Origin: Acidobacteriota bacterium
GTDB taxonomy: Bacteria; Acidobacteriota; Terriglobia; Acidiferrales; UBA7541
DNA: 64,000 nucleotides
NCBI GenBank assembly: GCA_003224525.1
Contig: QHZB01000212.1
Location: 24,173-88,172 of the forward strand
Reading direction: 5' to 3'
Shown: piece by piece, positions 20,886 to 30,856 of the stretch
Numbering within the stretch: the stretch's first letter is position 1
How the letters are laid out: each line of letters starts with the position of its first letter
Program-made: the position numbers and the translations under genes
The notes under the pieces: model-generated
The model's input: the letters and a program-made list of their open reading frames with translations, nothing else
What the model was told of the DNA's origin: nothing
Database searches by the model: none

Positions 20886-22229
20886 TCAGCGCGTGGCGAC
20901 TTGCGCGCGCTGCTTCCAATACTGGCGGAGCTGGCCGACGAGATAGAGAGAGCCGGTGACGAAAATGGCGTCTTCGGGCGCGGCTTCCGCGAGTGCGTAT
21001 TCGAACGCGCGCTCCGCATCGGGGATCACGGAAAAACGCACGGCATGATGGCCGGCGATTTCTGCGAGTTCCGTGGCGGAAACGGCGCGCGAGGTGCGCG
21101 GCGCCGTGAAGATGACTTCCGCGGCGTGCGGGAAGAGCAGGCCGGCTACTTCGTCGACGGCTTTATCGCGAAGGGCGGCATACATTAGCCAAACTTTGCT
21201 GCCAGCGAAGTTCTGTTCGAGGAAATGAGCGAGTTCGCGGGCGGCGCCGGGATTGTGGGCGCCATCGAGGTAAACGTCCGGGCTGGAGTGCACTTTTTCG
21301 AGCCGGCCGGGCCAGACCGTCTCTGCGATCCCCCGCGTGACGGCATCATCGGGGATTTGAAAGCCGCAGTTCTTGAGGAGCCGCGCGGCGGCGACGACGT
21401 TCAGGGCGTTCTGCAGCTGGAAACGGCCGGGAAGGCTCGGGGCGATTTCGAAGATCGTCTCTGAGTCCGCTTCAATGACGCGTGCGCGGACGCTACCGTC
21501 TTGCAGGGATTCTCGATCGATGCGAAAGATTTGCGCCGGCTCGATGACCGGGCAGCGGAGTTTCTTGGCGCGAGCAAGAATCACTTCACGGGCTTCCGGC
21601 CGCTGCTCGGCCAGGACCGCCGGCACTCCGGGCTTCAGGATCCCAGCTTTTTCGGCCGCAATCTCGTTCAGCGAGTGGCCCAAAAAGTTTTCGTGGTCGA
21701 AATCGATGCGGGTGATGATGGAGACAAGCGGTGAAAGGATGTTGGTGGCGTCGAGGCGGCCGCCCAGGCCGACTTCGAAGACGGCGAAGTCCACCAGTTC
21801 GCGGGAAAAATATTCGAAAGCCATGGCGGTTACGCATTCGAAATAAGTGGGATGGGCGCGAAGTTTGCCAGCGGCGAGGAGTTCTTCGATCAAGACGTGG
21901 ATGCGAGTAAGGGTTTCGGCGAAAGCTTGGTCGCTGATCTCCTCGCCATTGATGCGGATGCGTTCGTTGATTTTTTCCAGGTGGGGCGAGGTATTCAATC
22001 CCGTTCGAAAGCCCGCATGGCGAAGGACGGATTCAAGGAACGCAGCTGTTGAGCCTTTGCCGTTGGTACCGGCAATGTGGGCGCTAGGATAGGTGCGCTC
22101 CGGGGAGCCGAGGCGCTCGGCGAGAATGGTGATGTTTTCGAGATCAAACTTTGCGGCGGCGGCTTGCGTTGGGGCGGCCAATTCCCTGCCAAGGGAGAGC
22201 AGGTAGCGGACCGCGGCCTGGTATTTCAT
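20886..22229 (-). CDS. folC: Folylpolyglutamate synthase / dihydrofolate synthase
   Basis: HIAGTNGKGS, TSPHL, EVGLGGRLDATN, WPGRLE, LDGAHNP, VTGSLYLVG. Confidence 0.96.
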   Translation of the reverse strand: MKYQAAVRYLLSLGRELAAPTQAAAAKFDLENITILAERLGSPERTYPSAHIAGTNGKGSTAAFLESVLRHAGFRTGLNTSPHLEKINERIRINGEEISDQAFAETLTRIHVLIEELLAAGKLRAHPTYFECVTAMAFEYFSRELVDFAVFEVGLGGRLDATNILSPLVSIITRIDFDHENFLGHSLNEIAAEKAGILKPGVPAVLAEQRPEAREVILARAKKLRCPVIEPAQIFRIDRESLQDGSVRARVIEADSETIFEIAPSLPGRFQLQNALNVVAAARLLKNCGFQIPDDAVTRGIAETVWPGRLEKVHSSPDVYLDGAHNPGAARELAHFLEQNFAGSKVWLMYAALRDKAVDEVAGLLFPHAAEVIFTAPRTSRAVSATELAEIAGHHAVRFSVIPDAERAFEYALAEAAPEDAIFVTGSLYLVGQLRQYWKQRAQVATR

Positions 22230-22235
22230 TTCATC

Positions 22236-23084
22236 TCAGCTCAAGAGCAAGTCGAGGGAGCTGGCGATGAAGGACTTGAGCTCCTTGCGGTGCACGACGG
22301 CGTCGAGGAAACCGTGTTCGAGGAGGAACTCGGAGCGCTGAAATCCTTCGGGGAGTTTCTGGCGGATGGTCTGCTCGATGACGCGCGGGCCGGCGAAACC
22401 GATGAGCGCGCCGGGTTCGCCAATGTTGAGGTCGCCGAGCATGGCGAAGCTGGCGGTGACGCCGCCGGTGGTGGGATCGGTGAGCACGGAGATATAGGGC
22501 AGCTTTTCCTCGTCGAGCTTCGCGAGCGCGGCGGAAACTTTGGCGAGCTGCATGAGGCTGATGGTGCCCTCCATCATGCGCGCGCCGCCGGAGCAAGAGA
22601 TGGCGATGAACGGCTGGCGGGTTTCGATGGAGAGTTCGATTCCGCGAGTGACTTTTTCGCCGACCACCGCGCCCATGGAGCCGCCGATAAAGCCAAATTC
22701 CATGGCGCAAAGAACGACCGGCCGGCCACTGAGCTGGCCTTCGGCGGTGATCACCGCGTCATTCATCCCGAGTTTTTTCTTGGCTTCCCTCAGGCGCGCG
22801 GCGTAGGGCTTGGTGTCGACGAACTTGAGCGGGTCGGTGGAGGTCATGCCCGCGTCGTGCTCGGTCCAGCGGCCGTCGAGGAGCATTTCCAGGCGCTGCT
22901 TGGAGTTCATTTTGAAATGGAACTGGCACTTGGGGCAGACGAAGAGATTCGCTTCGAGGTCCTTGCGGAAGACGATGGTGCGGCAGGATTCGCACTTGAC
23001 CCACAGGCCTTCGGTGCGCACGCGGCGCTCCTCGGGCGGAGTGGATTGCTCGATCGATTTTTTGTCGCGCTTGAACCAGGCCAT
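22236..23084 (-). CDS. accD: Acetyl-CoA carboxylase carboxyltransferase beta subunit
   Basis: LWVKCESC..CPKC zinc finger, FIGGSMG, SGGARMMEG, PTTGGVTASFA, QKLPEGFQRSEFLLEHG. Confidence 0.96.
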   Translation of the reverse strand: MAWFKRDKKSIEQSTPPEERRVRTEGLWVKCESCRTIVFRKDLEANLFVCPKCQFHFKMNSKQRLEMLLDGRWTEHDAGMTSTDPLKFVDTKPYAARLREAKKKLGMNDAVITAEGQLSGRPVVLCAMEFGFIGGSMGAVVGEKVTRGIELSIETRQPFIAISCSGGARMMEGTISLMQLAKVSAALAKLDEEKLPYISVLTDPTTGGVTASFAMLGDLNIGEPGALIGFAGPRVIEQTIRQKLPEGFQRSEFLLEHGFLDAVVHRKELKSFIASSLDLLLS

Positions 23085-23093
23085 GGAAGAATG

Positions 23094-23128
23094 TTGTCAG
23101 TTGTCAGTTGTCAGTTGTCAGTTGTCAG
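23094..23128. repeat. Heptamer tandem repeat (TTGTCAG)x5
   Basis: Five perfect copies plus degenerate TTATTAG, TTTCAG; 10 nt upstream of the accD ATG. Confidence 0.9.
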
Positions 23129-23217
23129 TTATTAGTTTCAGTTGAATACAGAAAAACAAGACCGCGCTGGTTAGAGGGCTCGCCCGTTCGAACTTCTACC
23201 CCAGGAACTTCTAGCTT

Positions 23218-23754
23218 CTAGTAGTCGATCCCCCGCTGAGCCAGTATACCCTTGGTGTAGGGGTGTTTCACCTCGCGCATCTCTGTTACAAGGTCGGCCA
23301 GCTCGACGAGCTGGGGATGGGCGTTGCGGCCGGTGCAGATGACGTGGACGCGCTCGGGACGGCTTTTCAGGGCCGCGACGACTTCAGCGGCGTCGAGCAT
23401 TTTGTAACTGATGGTGTAGTTGATTTCGTCGAGGACGACGAGATCGTACTTGCCGCCGTAGATAGCGTCGCGCCCGGCTTGCCAACATTCCTGCGCCAGC
23501 TTGATGTCCGCAGGATCGGTTTCGGCGCCGCCGATCTTGACGAACCCGCGGCCCATGGGACGGATTTCAAACTTGTCGTCGCCGAGCATTTTGGCCGCGT
23601 CGAGCTCGCCGTAGTGCCAAGAACCCTTGATGAACTGGACCATAAGGACTTTCAGGCCCTGGCCCGCGGCGCGAAAGGCGGTGCCGAGCGCGCAGGTGGT
23701 CTTGCCCTTGCCCGGCCCGGTGTAAACGATGAGGAGTCCTTTTTCTTCCGGCAT
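23218..23754 (-). CDS. cobO: Cob(I)yrinic acid a,c-diamide adenosyltransferase (CobO/BtuR)
   Basis: YTGPGKGKTT, QFIKG, VVLDEI, ICTGR, ADLVTEM, QRGIDY. Confidence 0.93.
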   Translation of the reverse strand: MPEEKGLLIVYTGPGKGKTTCALGTAFRAAGQGLKVLMVQFIKGSWHYGELDAAKMLGDDKFEIRPMGRGFVKIGGAETDPADIKLAQECWQAGRDAIYGGKYDLVVLDEINYTISYKMLDAAEVVAALKSRPERVHVICTGRNAHPQLVELADLVTEMREVKHPYTKGILAQRGIDY

Positions 23755-24077
23755 GGTCTTGCGACTCGGCGAACCCTTTCAAGGCGAGGCGAAAACACTA
23801 GAGTTTGCGGAGTCGTCGGCAAAAGGTCAAGGTCAGGCAGAGGCTTCGGAAGTCTTCTGAACCCAGCAACTTTTTCTAGCCGCCGTCGAAATGCCTCTGC
23901 GGCTGCTTCGTTTGACTGTTTCTCTGGCTCTCCGAACGGTGTCGTGTCAGGTGTCCAATGTACACTTGTAAGAACGGCACTGCTAACGGTGGACGATGGC
24001 GCTCGTCCATGTCATCGCACCACTATGTCAGCTCACGACATAGTTGGATGCCAACTTGAAATGTGGAGGGGGGCGCA

Positions 24078-24486
24078 ATGATTCTCGATCACCCGGTTGT
24101 TCCTCTGCTCGGACGGTTGATGATGGCCTACATTTTCGGGGACCAGCGGGATTGGGAAAGTATTTGGATGGTCCGGCAACGTGGGGTACATGAGCACCAG
24201 GCACTTGCCGCTGATTCCGGTGCTGCTGGCTGTGGCGATGATGATTGAAGTGGCGGGTTCGGTTTGTCTGGTGACCGGATACCAGGCGCGCATCGCGGCG
24301 TTTGTGATGTTCTGGTACACGACGGCGGTAACCGTGTTGTTCCACAATTATTGGGAGGCGAGCGAAGCGATGGCAGGGATGCAGGAGACGCACTTTCGCA
24401 AGAATCTGGCGATCATGGGCGGGTTGCTGATGCTGGCGTACAGCGGGCCGGGGAAATGGGCGCTGGGGCGACGAGGCAGTTCGTGA
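24078..24486 (+). pseudogene. DoxX family membrane protein, +1 frameshift
   Basis: Removing one G from GGGG (24138-24141) joins MILDHPVVPLLGRLMMAYIF-GTSGIGKVFGWSGNVGY to ...HFRKNLAIMGGLLMLAYSGPGKWAL. Confidence 0.8.
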
Positions 24487-24566
24487 AGAATAATTCCGTC
24501 CAATTTGGATGGCAACTTAGCGGGCCGATTCCTCTCTAATGAGAAGAGGGGGGGAAGGAGCAATCC

Positions 24567-24934
24567 ATGCTGGAAGTGATCCTGAAGCGATTCGAGCAGC
24601 CGGATGAGATTCGGACCTTTGAGAAGGGCAGGTTCGAGGTGGTGCGGCTGGGCGGAATGACCATCGGGCGGGCGACCTATGAACCGGGATGGAAATGGTC
24701 GGAGCACGTGGGGCGCGCGGCGGGAGCGAAGAGTTGCGCGGTGGAGCATGTGGGGATGGTGATCTCCGGGCGCGCGACCGCGGCGATGGATGACGGCCGG
24801 GTGTTTGAGATGAAAGTGGAGACGTGTTTTACATCGCGCCGGGGCATGACAGCTGGGTGGTGGGCGACAAGCCGTACGTTTCGATTCACTTGATGGGCGC
24901 GGATGCGTATGCCAGTGCGAACAAAAGTGCATGA
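24567..24934 (+). pseudogene. Cupin domain protein, one-base deletion
   Basis: YEPGWKWSEHV..C..EHVG..SG; one base missing near 24816 restores GDVFYIAPGHDSWVVGDKPYVSIH ending TGA 24934. Confidence 0.8.
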
Positions 24935-24963
24935 AGCCGCGCGAAGTATGAGGCGAATTTCGA

Positions 24964-24987
24964 AGATGTCCAGATGTCCAGATGTCC
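24964..24987. repeat. Octamer tandem repeat (AGATGTCC)x3
   Basis: Three perfect copies just after the cupin gene. Confidence 0.8.
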
Positions 24988-25231
24988 AGGGGCCGCAGGG
25001 GGGCCGCAGTGCAGAGAAGAATCGGTCACTGCGAAAAAATTACAGGTCCCAGTACTCCTCCAAGAAAAAAACAACTCCGCCTCTATTTGTCTGAGCCCGC
25101 TCCACTTATTAATTAATTCCTCGTTTGGCCGCCTCGTTGCTCCAATTCCTGCATCCAGAAATGCACGCGGCCAATGAGAAGCATTTCTTGTATTCAAATC
25201 GAAAGCAATCTTGTTTTGGGAGGGAAACATC

Positions 25232-25948
25232 ATGAACATCAAGAAGAGATGGACCGTAGCGATGATCGGAATGCTGGCGCTGGCGCTGCTCTCTTTTGCA
25301 AAAGAAGCGGACAAAGCAAAAGCGCAGCAGGACCGTCTACGAAATGCCGACACGGTCTTGAAGGAAATTCTCAAAGTCCCCGACAACATTCCGCAGGAGC
25401 TGCTGGACAAGGCGCGCTGCGTGATCGTGATGCCATCGGTGCTTAAAGCAGCGTTCGTTGTGGGAGGAAGTTACGGACGCGGGACGATGGTCTGCCGCGC
25501 GGGCAAGGATTTTTCCGGTCCGTGGGGTGCACCGGCGATGTATGCGCTGGAAGGCGGCAGCATCGGCTTGCAGATTGGCGGGGAAGCGACTGACTTCGTT
25601 CTTCTGGTCATGAATGATCGTGGAGCGGACAGCCTCTTGCACAGCAAGGTGAAGCTTGGCGCGGATGCATCGGTCGCGGCGGGGCCAGTAGGACGCACTG
25701 CGGCAGCAGACACGGACGCCTATATGCGATCCGAGATTCTGAGTTACTCACGTGCCCGAGGCGTGTTCGCGGGAATCTCCCTCGAAGGCTCAACGCTACG
25801 CCCGGACAATGACGCCAACCGCAACCTCTACGGGCGTTCCGTGACAGCGGCCCAGATCATAAAAGAATCGGAGGTCCAGGCTCCAGCAGTGGCGAATGAG
25901 CTGATCGCGCAGTTGCAAAAGACATCGCCGAAGCTAAAGGCCTCCTAG
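25232..25948 (+). CDS. SYLF (Ysc84) lipid-binding domain protein
   Basis: Signal peptide; KAAFVVGGSYGRG, GGSIGLQIG, GADASVAAGPVGR, YSRARGVFAGISLEG. Confidence 0.92.
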   Translation: MNIKKRWTVAMIGMLALALLSFAKEADKAKAQQDRLRNADTVLKEILKVPDNIPQELLDKARCVIVMPSVLKAAFVVGGSYGRGTMVCRAGKDFSGPWGAPAMYALEGGSIGLQIGGEATDFVLLVMNDRGADSLLHSKVKLGADASVAAGPVGRTAAADTDAYMRSEILSYSRARGVFAGISLEGSTLRPDNDANRNLYGRSVTAAQIIKESEVQAPAVANELIAQLQKTSPKLKAS

Positions 25949-26057
25949 TTCTCACCGGGCGCGAGCGGAGTCCCAGCTCCGCGATCTTCTCCTTGGCATT
26001 CGCAGTACGCGCTGGGGAGGATAGACGGCGCACCACGAAATGAGATCGGAGGGAGCG

Positions 26058-27440
26058 TCAGGTCGGCTGGTGCAATTTCTTCTTGGAGGAGCCTTTTTTG
26101 AGATAGAGGACGTGGTCGGCGGCGGCGAGCAGTTCATCGATGGTCCTGCCATCGTGGGGGTAGACCGCCGTGCCGGTACTGACGGTGACAGGCGGGTCGT
26201 CGCCATCGGTGCTCAGGCGCTCGGCAATTCGATTGGCAACACGAAGGGCGTCAGGGGACTCCGTTTCGGGGAGAATGAGCACGAATTCGTCGCCTCCGTA
26301 ACGCGCAGCGGTGTCCATGGCGCGGCAATGAATGCGAAGAATGTTTGCCAGACGGCAGATGGCTTCTGTTCCCACGAGATGACCGTAGGTGTCATTGATC
26401 ACCTTGAGGCCGTCCATATCGAGGAGCACGACGGCAAAGGGGCGCCCGGAACGGTCGTAACGCTTGATTTCCGAGTCGAGAGCGTCGAGAAGCCGCCGGT
26501 AGTTGGCAAGCCCGGTGAGCGGATCGGTGACCGCCAATTGGCGCACGTATTCATCGGTGCGCTTGTGTTCGGTAAATTCGGCGGCAAGCGTCATGGCCGT
26601 AACGGCCATGATGCCAATGAAGGATTGCAACAGCAGCAGAGAGGTGTTTTGAGACTCTCTCGCAAATGGGCCAAAGCCTTGCGAAGTGCCCCAGGTGGCC
26701 ATGGCCGCCAACAAGAAAATGGCCGTGGCAGCTTTGCGGCGGCCAAAGCGAAACGCCGCCCAGATCAAGAAAGGAATGCAAAGGTATTCCAAGGGATAGT
26801 TCTTCAGCGCGGCGTGAAAACGGCCGCCGAAGACGATCCAACCGGTAAAAATAAGCCCGAGAAATAAGAGAACCAGCTCGATGAGTTGCTTGCGGGTCCA
26901 ATTCAACCGGGGGTTCTCCCACCAGAGGATCAGTAAGGGAGTGACAACCACAGCGCCGACTGCGTCCCCGAGCCACCACGTTGACCACATGGAGCCGTAA
27001 ATGGTCCAACCGGCGAATCCGGCCAGTGCCAGGGTGGTGACGCCGATGGTGGCGCTGACGGCGGTGCTGACCACGCCGGCAAGGAAGGCAAATTTGAAAA
27101 CGTCCTGCGCCCGTTCAAAGGCTTTCCGGCCGGCGGCAAAGCGAGTGACCAGGAAGCAACCGACCACACCTTCGAGGGTGTTTCCCGTAGATATGCCGAG
27201 CGAGGTGGCGATGGAACCGGCGGTGGTCCAGTTTACCAGGAACGCCCCGGCCAGAATGGCGGGCCATACGCGATAGCCGAGGATGAGGAAGGCGGCGAGC
27301 GCGAGGCCGGTGCACGGCCAAACGGCGGTGGCGCTGGCGTTCACAAACGCCAGCTTTAGCCCAAGCTTGCCGGCCGTGAAGTAGACCGCAGCCAAGACCG
27401 CAAGAGCGGCTAGATCTTTTAGAAATCGCGAACGGACCAT
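26058..27440 (-). CDS. MASE1 membrane sensor - diguanylate cyclase
   Basis: AVWPCTG, WWLGDAVG (MASE1); TDPLTGLANYR, RAMD I-site, ARYGGDEF. Confidence 0.92.
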   Translation of the reverse strand: MVRSRFLKDLAALAVLAAVYFTAGKLGLKLAFVNASATAVWPCTGLALAAFLILGYRVWPAILAGAFLVNWTTAGSIATSLGISTGNTLEGVVGCFLVTRFAAGRKAFERAQDVFKFAFLAGVVSTAVSATIGVTTLALAGFAGWTIYGSMWSTWWLGDAVGAVVVTPLLILWWENPRLNWTRKQLIELVLLFLGLIFTGWIVFGGRFHAALKNYPLEYLCIPFLIWAAFRFGRRKAATAIFLLAAMATWGTSQGFGPFARESQNTSLLLLQSFIGIMAVTAMTLAAEFTEHKRTDEYVRQLAVTDPLTGLANYRRLLDALDSEIKRYDRSGRPFAVVLLDMDGLKVINDTYGHLVGTEAICRLANILRIHCRAMDTAARYGGDEFVLILPETESPDALRVANRIAERLSTDGDDPPVTVSTGTAVYPHDGRTIDELLAAADHVLYLKKGSSKKKLHQPT

Positions 27441-27707
27441 ATTCGGCTCATGGATTCGCCAGGGCGGTGCGCTAACCGTGAGTCAGACAGAGGTCGTGCT
27501 CTGGCCAAACTTCGTCCCCATTCGGCGCAGCTCGGACGACACTGCCTAACTATTTATTCTACAAAGACTTCCAGCAAGGGACAAGAGAACGCAAGTCATT
27601 TTGTCATATCGATTAAGGGCGATAGACAACAGTTTGATATTTCATTTTCAGGTTAATGGCACCAAGCCTGGGAGGCTGTTTCGCTTGGACATTCATGGGC
27701 ATGAGGA

Positions 27708-28583
27708 TCAGGGCCGGGTTCCGATGCCGATGACGATTTCTAGGGGCATGTTCAATTCCTTGCCGTTCCAGAATTTCTTGAGCGCGGCCAGAATTTCGGC
27801 TTTGGCCTGAGCCTTTTTCTCGGGGGTGAGTTGGTCGATGAGCGGGCGGAAGGGCGCGGCGACTTCGGTGAACTGCTCCCAGTATTCTTCGAGGGATGAT
27901 GCCCAGCGCCCGGCGACGATGCGGTCTTCCTCATGAACACTGCTGAAACCAGCCGCTTCCAGGGCGCGCCGGAGGCGGTCGCGGTCGCCGAACATGAAAA
28001 GACTCGGCGCATCCGGATCGGGGGGAGGAGGAGGCACGGGAACGTGTTTCAGCACGATGCCTGCCGTGGTGGTGAAGAAGGGCTGCTCCTTTTTTCCCCA
28101 GGCAACGAACGCGGCCCGGCCGAGGGGCTTCAGCACGCGGAAACATTCGCGCAACGCTTTGGGAAGGTCCGGAAAAAACATGACACCGAAGCGGCAGGTG
28201 AGAACGTCGTAGGACTTGTCCGCAAAGGGGAGCGACTCCGCGTTGGCTTCGCGGAAGTCGATGTTGGCGAGGCCTTTCTTGCGAGCGAACTCTTCGGCAA
28301 GCGACATCATGCCCAGGCCGAGATCGGTAGCGGTCACGCGGCCGGAGGGAGCAACTTCCCTGGCGATGGAGAGCGCAGGATCGCCGACGCCGCTGGCGAG
28401 ATCGAGGACGCGCATGCCGGGGCGAAGATGGGCGGCCTCGATAATGGCTTCGGTGGCGCCATGCGTGAACGTGGCGATTTGGGCGTGCCATTTGCGCCAG
28501 GCGGCGACGGTCCTATCGCCGGTCCACTCCTGGCGAAGGTGCTCGCGGAACTTTTGGATCTTGGCGGGATCGGGGGCGCTCAT
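27708..28583 (-). CDS. Class I SAM-dependent methyltransferase
   Basis: VLDLASGVG, ANAESLPF, FGVMFFPD. Confidence 0.9.
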   Translation of the reverse strand: MSAPDPAKIQKFREHLRQEWTGDRTVAAWRKWHAQIATFTHGATEAIIEAAHLRPGMRVLDLASGVGDPALSIAREVAPSGRVTATDLGLGMMSLAEEFARKKGLANIDFREANAESLPFADKSYDVLTCRFGVMFFPDLPKALRECFRVLKPLGRAAFVAWGKKEQPFFTTTAGIVLKHVPVPPPPPDPDAPSLFMFGDRDRLRRALEAAGFSSVHEEDRIVAGRWASSLEEYWEQFTEVAAPFRPLIDQLTPEKKAQAKAEILAALKKFWNGKELNMPLEIVIGIGTRP

Positions 28584-28631
28584 CAGTGACCTCCAGGAGC
28601 AGCCAAGTGTATCAGTGTGATCGAGAGTGCG

Positions 28632-29513
28632 TCAGCGTTTCCAGAATTTCATGACGGCAGAGTAATCGAGGTCTTCCTTGGACGCGCCTTTGACGTAGTT
28701 GTAGGTTTCGCGGGCGGCGGCGGTGGCGGGCAAAGCGACGCCCAGCTGATTGGCGAGGTCGAGCGCGAGGCCGAGATCCTTGTGCATCAGACGCAGAGGG
28801 AAGCTCGGGAGGTATTCGCCTTTGAGTAGATTCGGCGCCTTGACATCCAGGACACCGGAGCGGGCCATGCTGGATTCGAGGACTTCGACAAGCTTCTCGC
28901 CCTGAAGACCCGCGCCGGTGACAAGGCCAAGAGCTTCGGCGAGGGCATCGACCTGAAGCGCGAGGATCAGGTTCATCGCGAGCTTGATGGTTTGGCCGGC
29001 GCCGTGGGGCCCGAGGTGAAACCATTTCTTGCCCATCACGCTGAGGACGGGCTCGGCAGCTTTCAGCGTCGCCGCGTCGCCGCCAACCATGAAAATCAAC
29101 TCACCTTTCTTGGCGCCCCAGTCACCGCCGGTCACCGGCGCGTCGAGAAAGCGCACGCCGCGTTCCGCGCAGGCAGCGGCAATTTTACGGGCAAGGGCGG
29201 GAGAAATTGTGCTGGAATCGATGTAGGTGATGCCGCGCTGGAGCCCCTGCATGGCGCCGCTGGGTCCCCAGAGAATTTCTTCGAGGGCGGGAGGATCGCT
29301 GACCATGGTGAGGAGAAAACTGGAAACGGCAGCGACTTCCTGCGGGGATTTTGCGAGCTTGGCGCCGGCAGCTACGAGTTCATCCGCCCGCGAGGCAGTG
29401 CGGTTCCAGACCGTAAGAGAGTAGCCGGCCTTGATGAGATTCATGCCCATGGGGCGACCCATCAGGCCGAGACCAATCAGTCCAATTTTTTGCGTGGCTG
29501 CGGCGAATTCCAA
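28632..29513 (-). CDS. 3-hydroxyisobutyrate dehydrogenase family NAD(P)-dependent oxidoreductase
   Basis: GLIGLGLMG, VWNRT, DSSTISP, LDAPVTGG, GQTIKLAMN, FPLRLMHKDL. Confidence 0.92.
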   Translation of the reverse strand: MEFAAATQKIGLIGLGLMGRPMGMNLIKAGYSLTVWNRTASRADELVAAGAKLAKSPQEVAAVSSFLLTMVSDPPALEEILWGPSGAMQGLQRGITYIDSSTISPALARKIAAACAERGVRFLDAPVTGGDWGAKKGELIFMVGGDAATLKAAEPVLSVMGKKWFHLGPHGAGQTIKLAMNLILALQVDALAEALGLVTGAGLQGEKLVEVLESSMARSGVLDVKAPNLLKGEYLPSFPLRLMHKDLGLALDLANQLGVALPATAAARETYNYVKGASKEDLDYSAVMKFWKR

Positions 29514-29658
29514 AGAAGGCCTCCTCGAACGCGACGTGCTTGAAGCGCGTCGGCGTTGCCGGTGAAAAGAAGAGATGATTGTAGCCGAATTGCAAGGTGG
29601 AAGCAGCGAGGATGGAGAGAGTACAACTGACTGAATCAGGCGGCAGAGGACGAGAGGG

Positions 29659-30048
29659 TCAGACGCAGGAGGGAGATTTCTCTAGGGGTAGCAGCCATTT
29701 GCCGAGTTCCCGGTCGAGCAATTTGAAATCGATGCGTTTTGATATGCAGGCGTTGCGGCCGGACTGCAAGAACCGTTGTTGTTCGGTCCCCAGGGCGTGG
29801 GCGGTCACCGCCATGATGGGGATGCCAGAGCATCCCGGCTGCCGGCGCATCCAAGCGGCGAGGGAAAGTCTGTCTTCATTGTCGAGCTAGACGTCGAGCA
29901 AGACGGCGTCGGGTGGCTCGTCCTTGAGCAGGCGTTGCGCGCCACCCAGATCTTCCGTACTGAGAGCTACATAATCTTGCGCTTCGAGCCAATCACAAAG
30001 CAGCTCTCGATTGATGGCATTGTCAGCGACAACGAAGATGCGAGGCAT
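29659..30048 (-). pseudogene. Single-domain response regulator with in-frame TAG
   Basis: MPRIFVVADNAINRELL..AVLLDV*(29887-29889) continues in frame to IPIMAVTAHAL..ACISKRID. Confidence 0.8.
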
Positions 30049-30335
30049 CACACTTTCTCCGCCGGACCCAAGGAAACCACCCGGCTGAGCTGCTTGATGA
30101 GTGCTTCTTGCCACGGTTGTTGTTTGAGTAGCAGGGATTCGGCGTTAGCGCGAAGGAATCTTTGCTCTTCCGGGGTCAAATCCTTGCTGGTGAGGATGAA
30201 GACGGGAAGATCGGCGGTGCGAGGGCTGGCGCGCCATTCGCCGAGGAGTTCGAAACTGCTAGCTCTGGGCAACACCAAATCGAGGATTACGAGTTGGGGT
30301 TTGTTCGCGGCGACCTGAGCGCTTGCGCCACTCAC
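30048..30335 (-). pseudogene. 5'-truncated receiver domain
   Basis: KPQLVILDLVLP..DLPVFILTSKDLT present; first strand with the acidic pair and helix 1 absent. Confidence 0.7.
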
Positions 30336-30481
30336 TGGGGGTCATGAAGTGTTCCCGAGAAGAGATCTCAACAAGCAGATTAGCGTTACGTTGTGCGGAG
30401 GACAATAATCCTCCATCCCTTACTGAGCCCACTTATGAAGGGTAGGGAAGCTGAGGTTTGATGGGGGCTCGACGGTGTTAA

Positions 30482-30856
30482 TCAGGCGGTCTTGGGGCGG
30501 TGGGGGAGGGGGAGGATGCCGGAGGCACGGCCGGCCGAAGCGGTAGCAGCGGCGCCGAGAGGCTTGTCGCCAGGCTTGGACGCAACTTGAGCTTCGGCGG
30601 CAGATTTGGGAGCGGCGGTAGCGGAGACGCCGTTTGCAGAAGCGCCGGAGTCGGGTTTTTCTTCGATGCGCACTAGATACTGGTAAGGGATTTCCCAGCG
30701 GAAGTGCTTGTGCTGTCCGCGCTGCTCGAAGCTCTGTTCGAGGAAGATGGAACGGCCGGAATCGGCGACGAAAGTGCCCGAGGCGGGCAGAAGGATATCT
30801 CCGGCGCGATATTGCACTTCCACGCGACGCCCGAGAAAAGAGGAGTAGCGAGCCAT
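30482..30856 (-). CDS. Hypothetical protein, possible Sm/Hfq-like domain plus Ala/Pro tail
   Basis: FLGRRVEVQY..ASGTFVADSGRSIFLE..EIPYQYLVRIEE; fold is inference. Confidence 0.65.
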   Translation of the reverse strand: MARYSSFLGRRVEVQYRAGDILLPASGTFVADSGRSIFLEQSFEQRGQHKHFRWEIPYQYLVRIEEKPDSGASANGVSATAAPKSAAEAQVASKPGDKPLGAAATASAGRASGILPLPHRPKTA

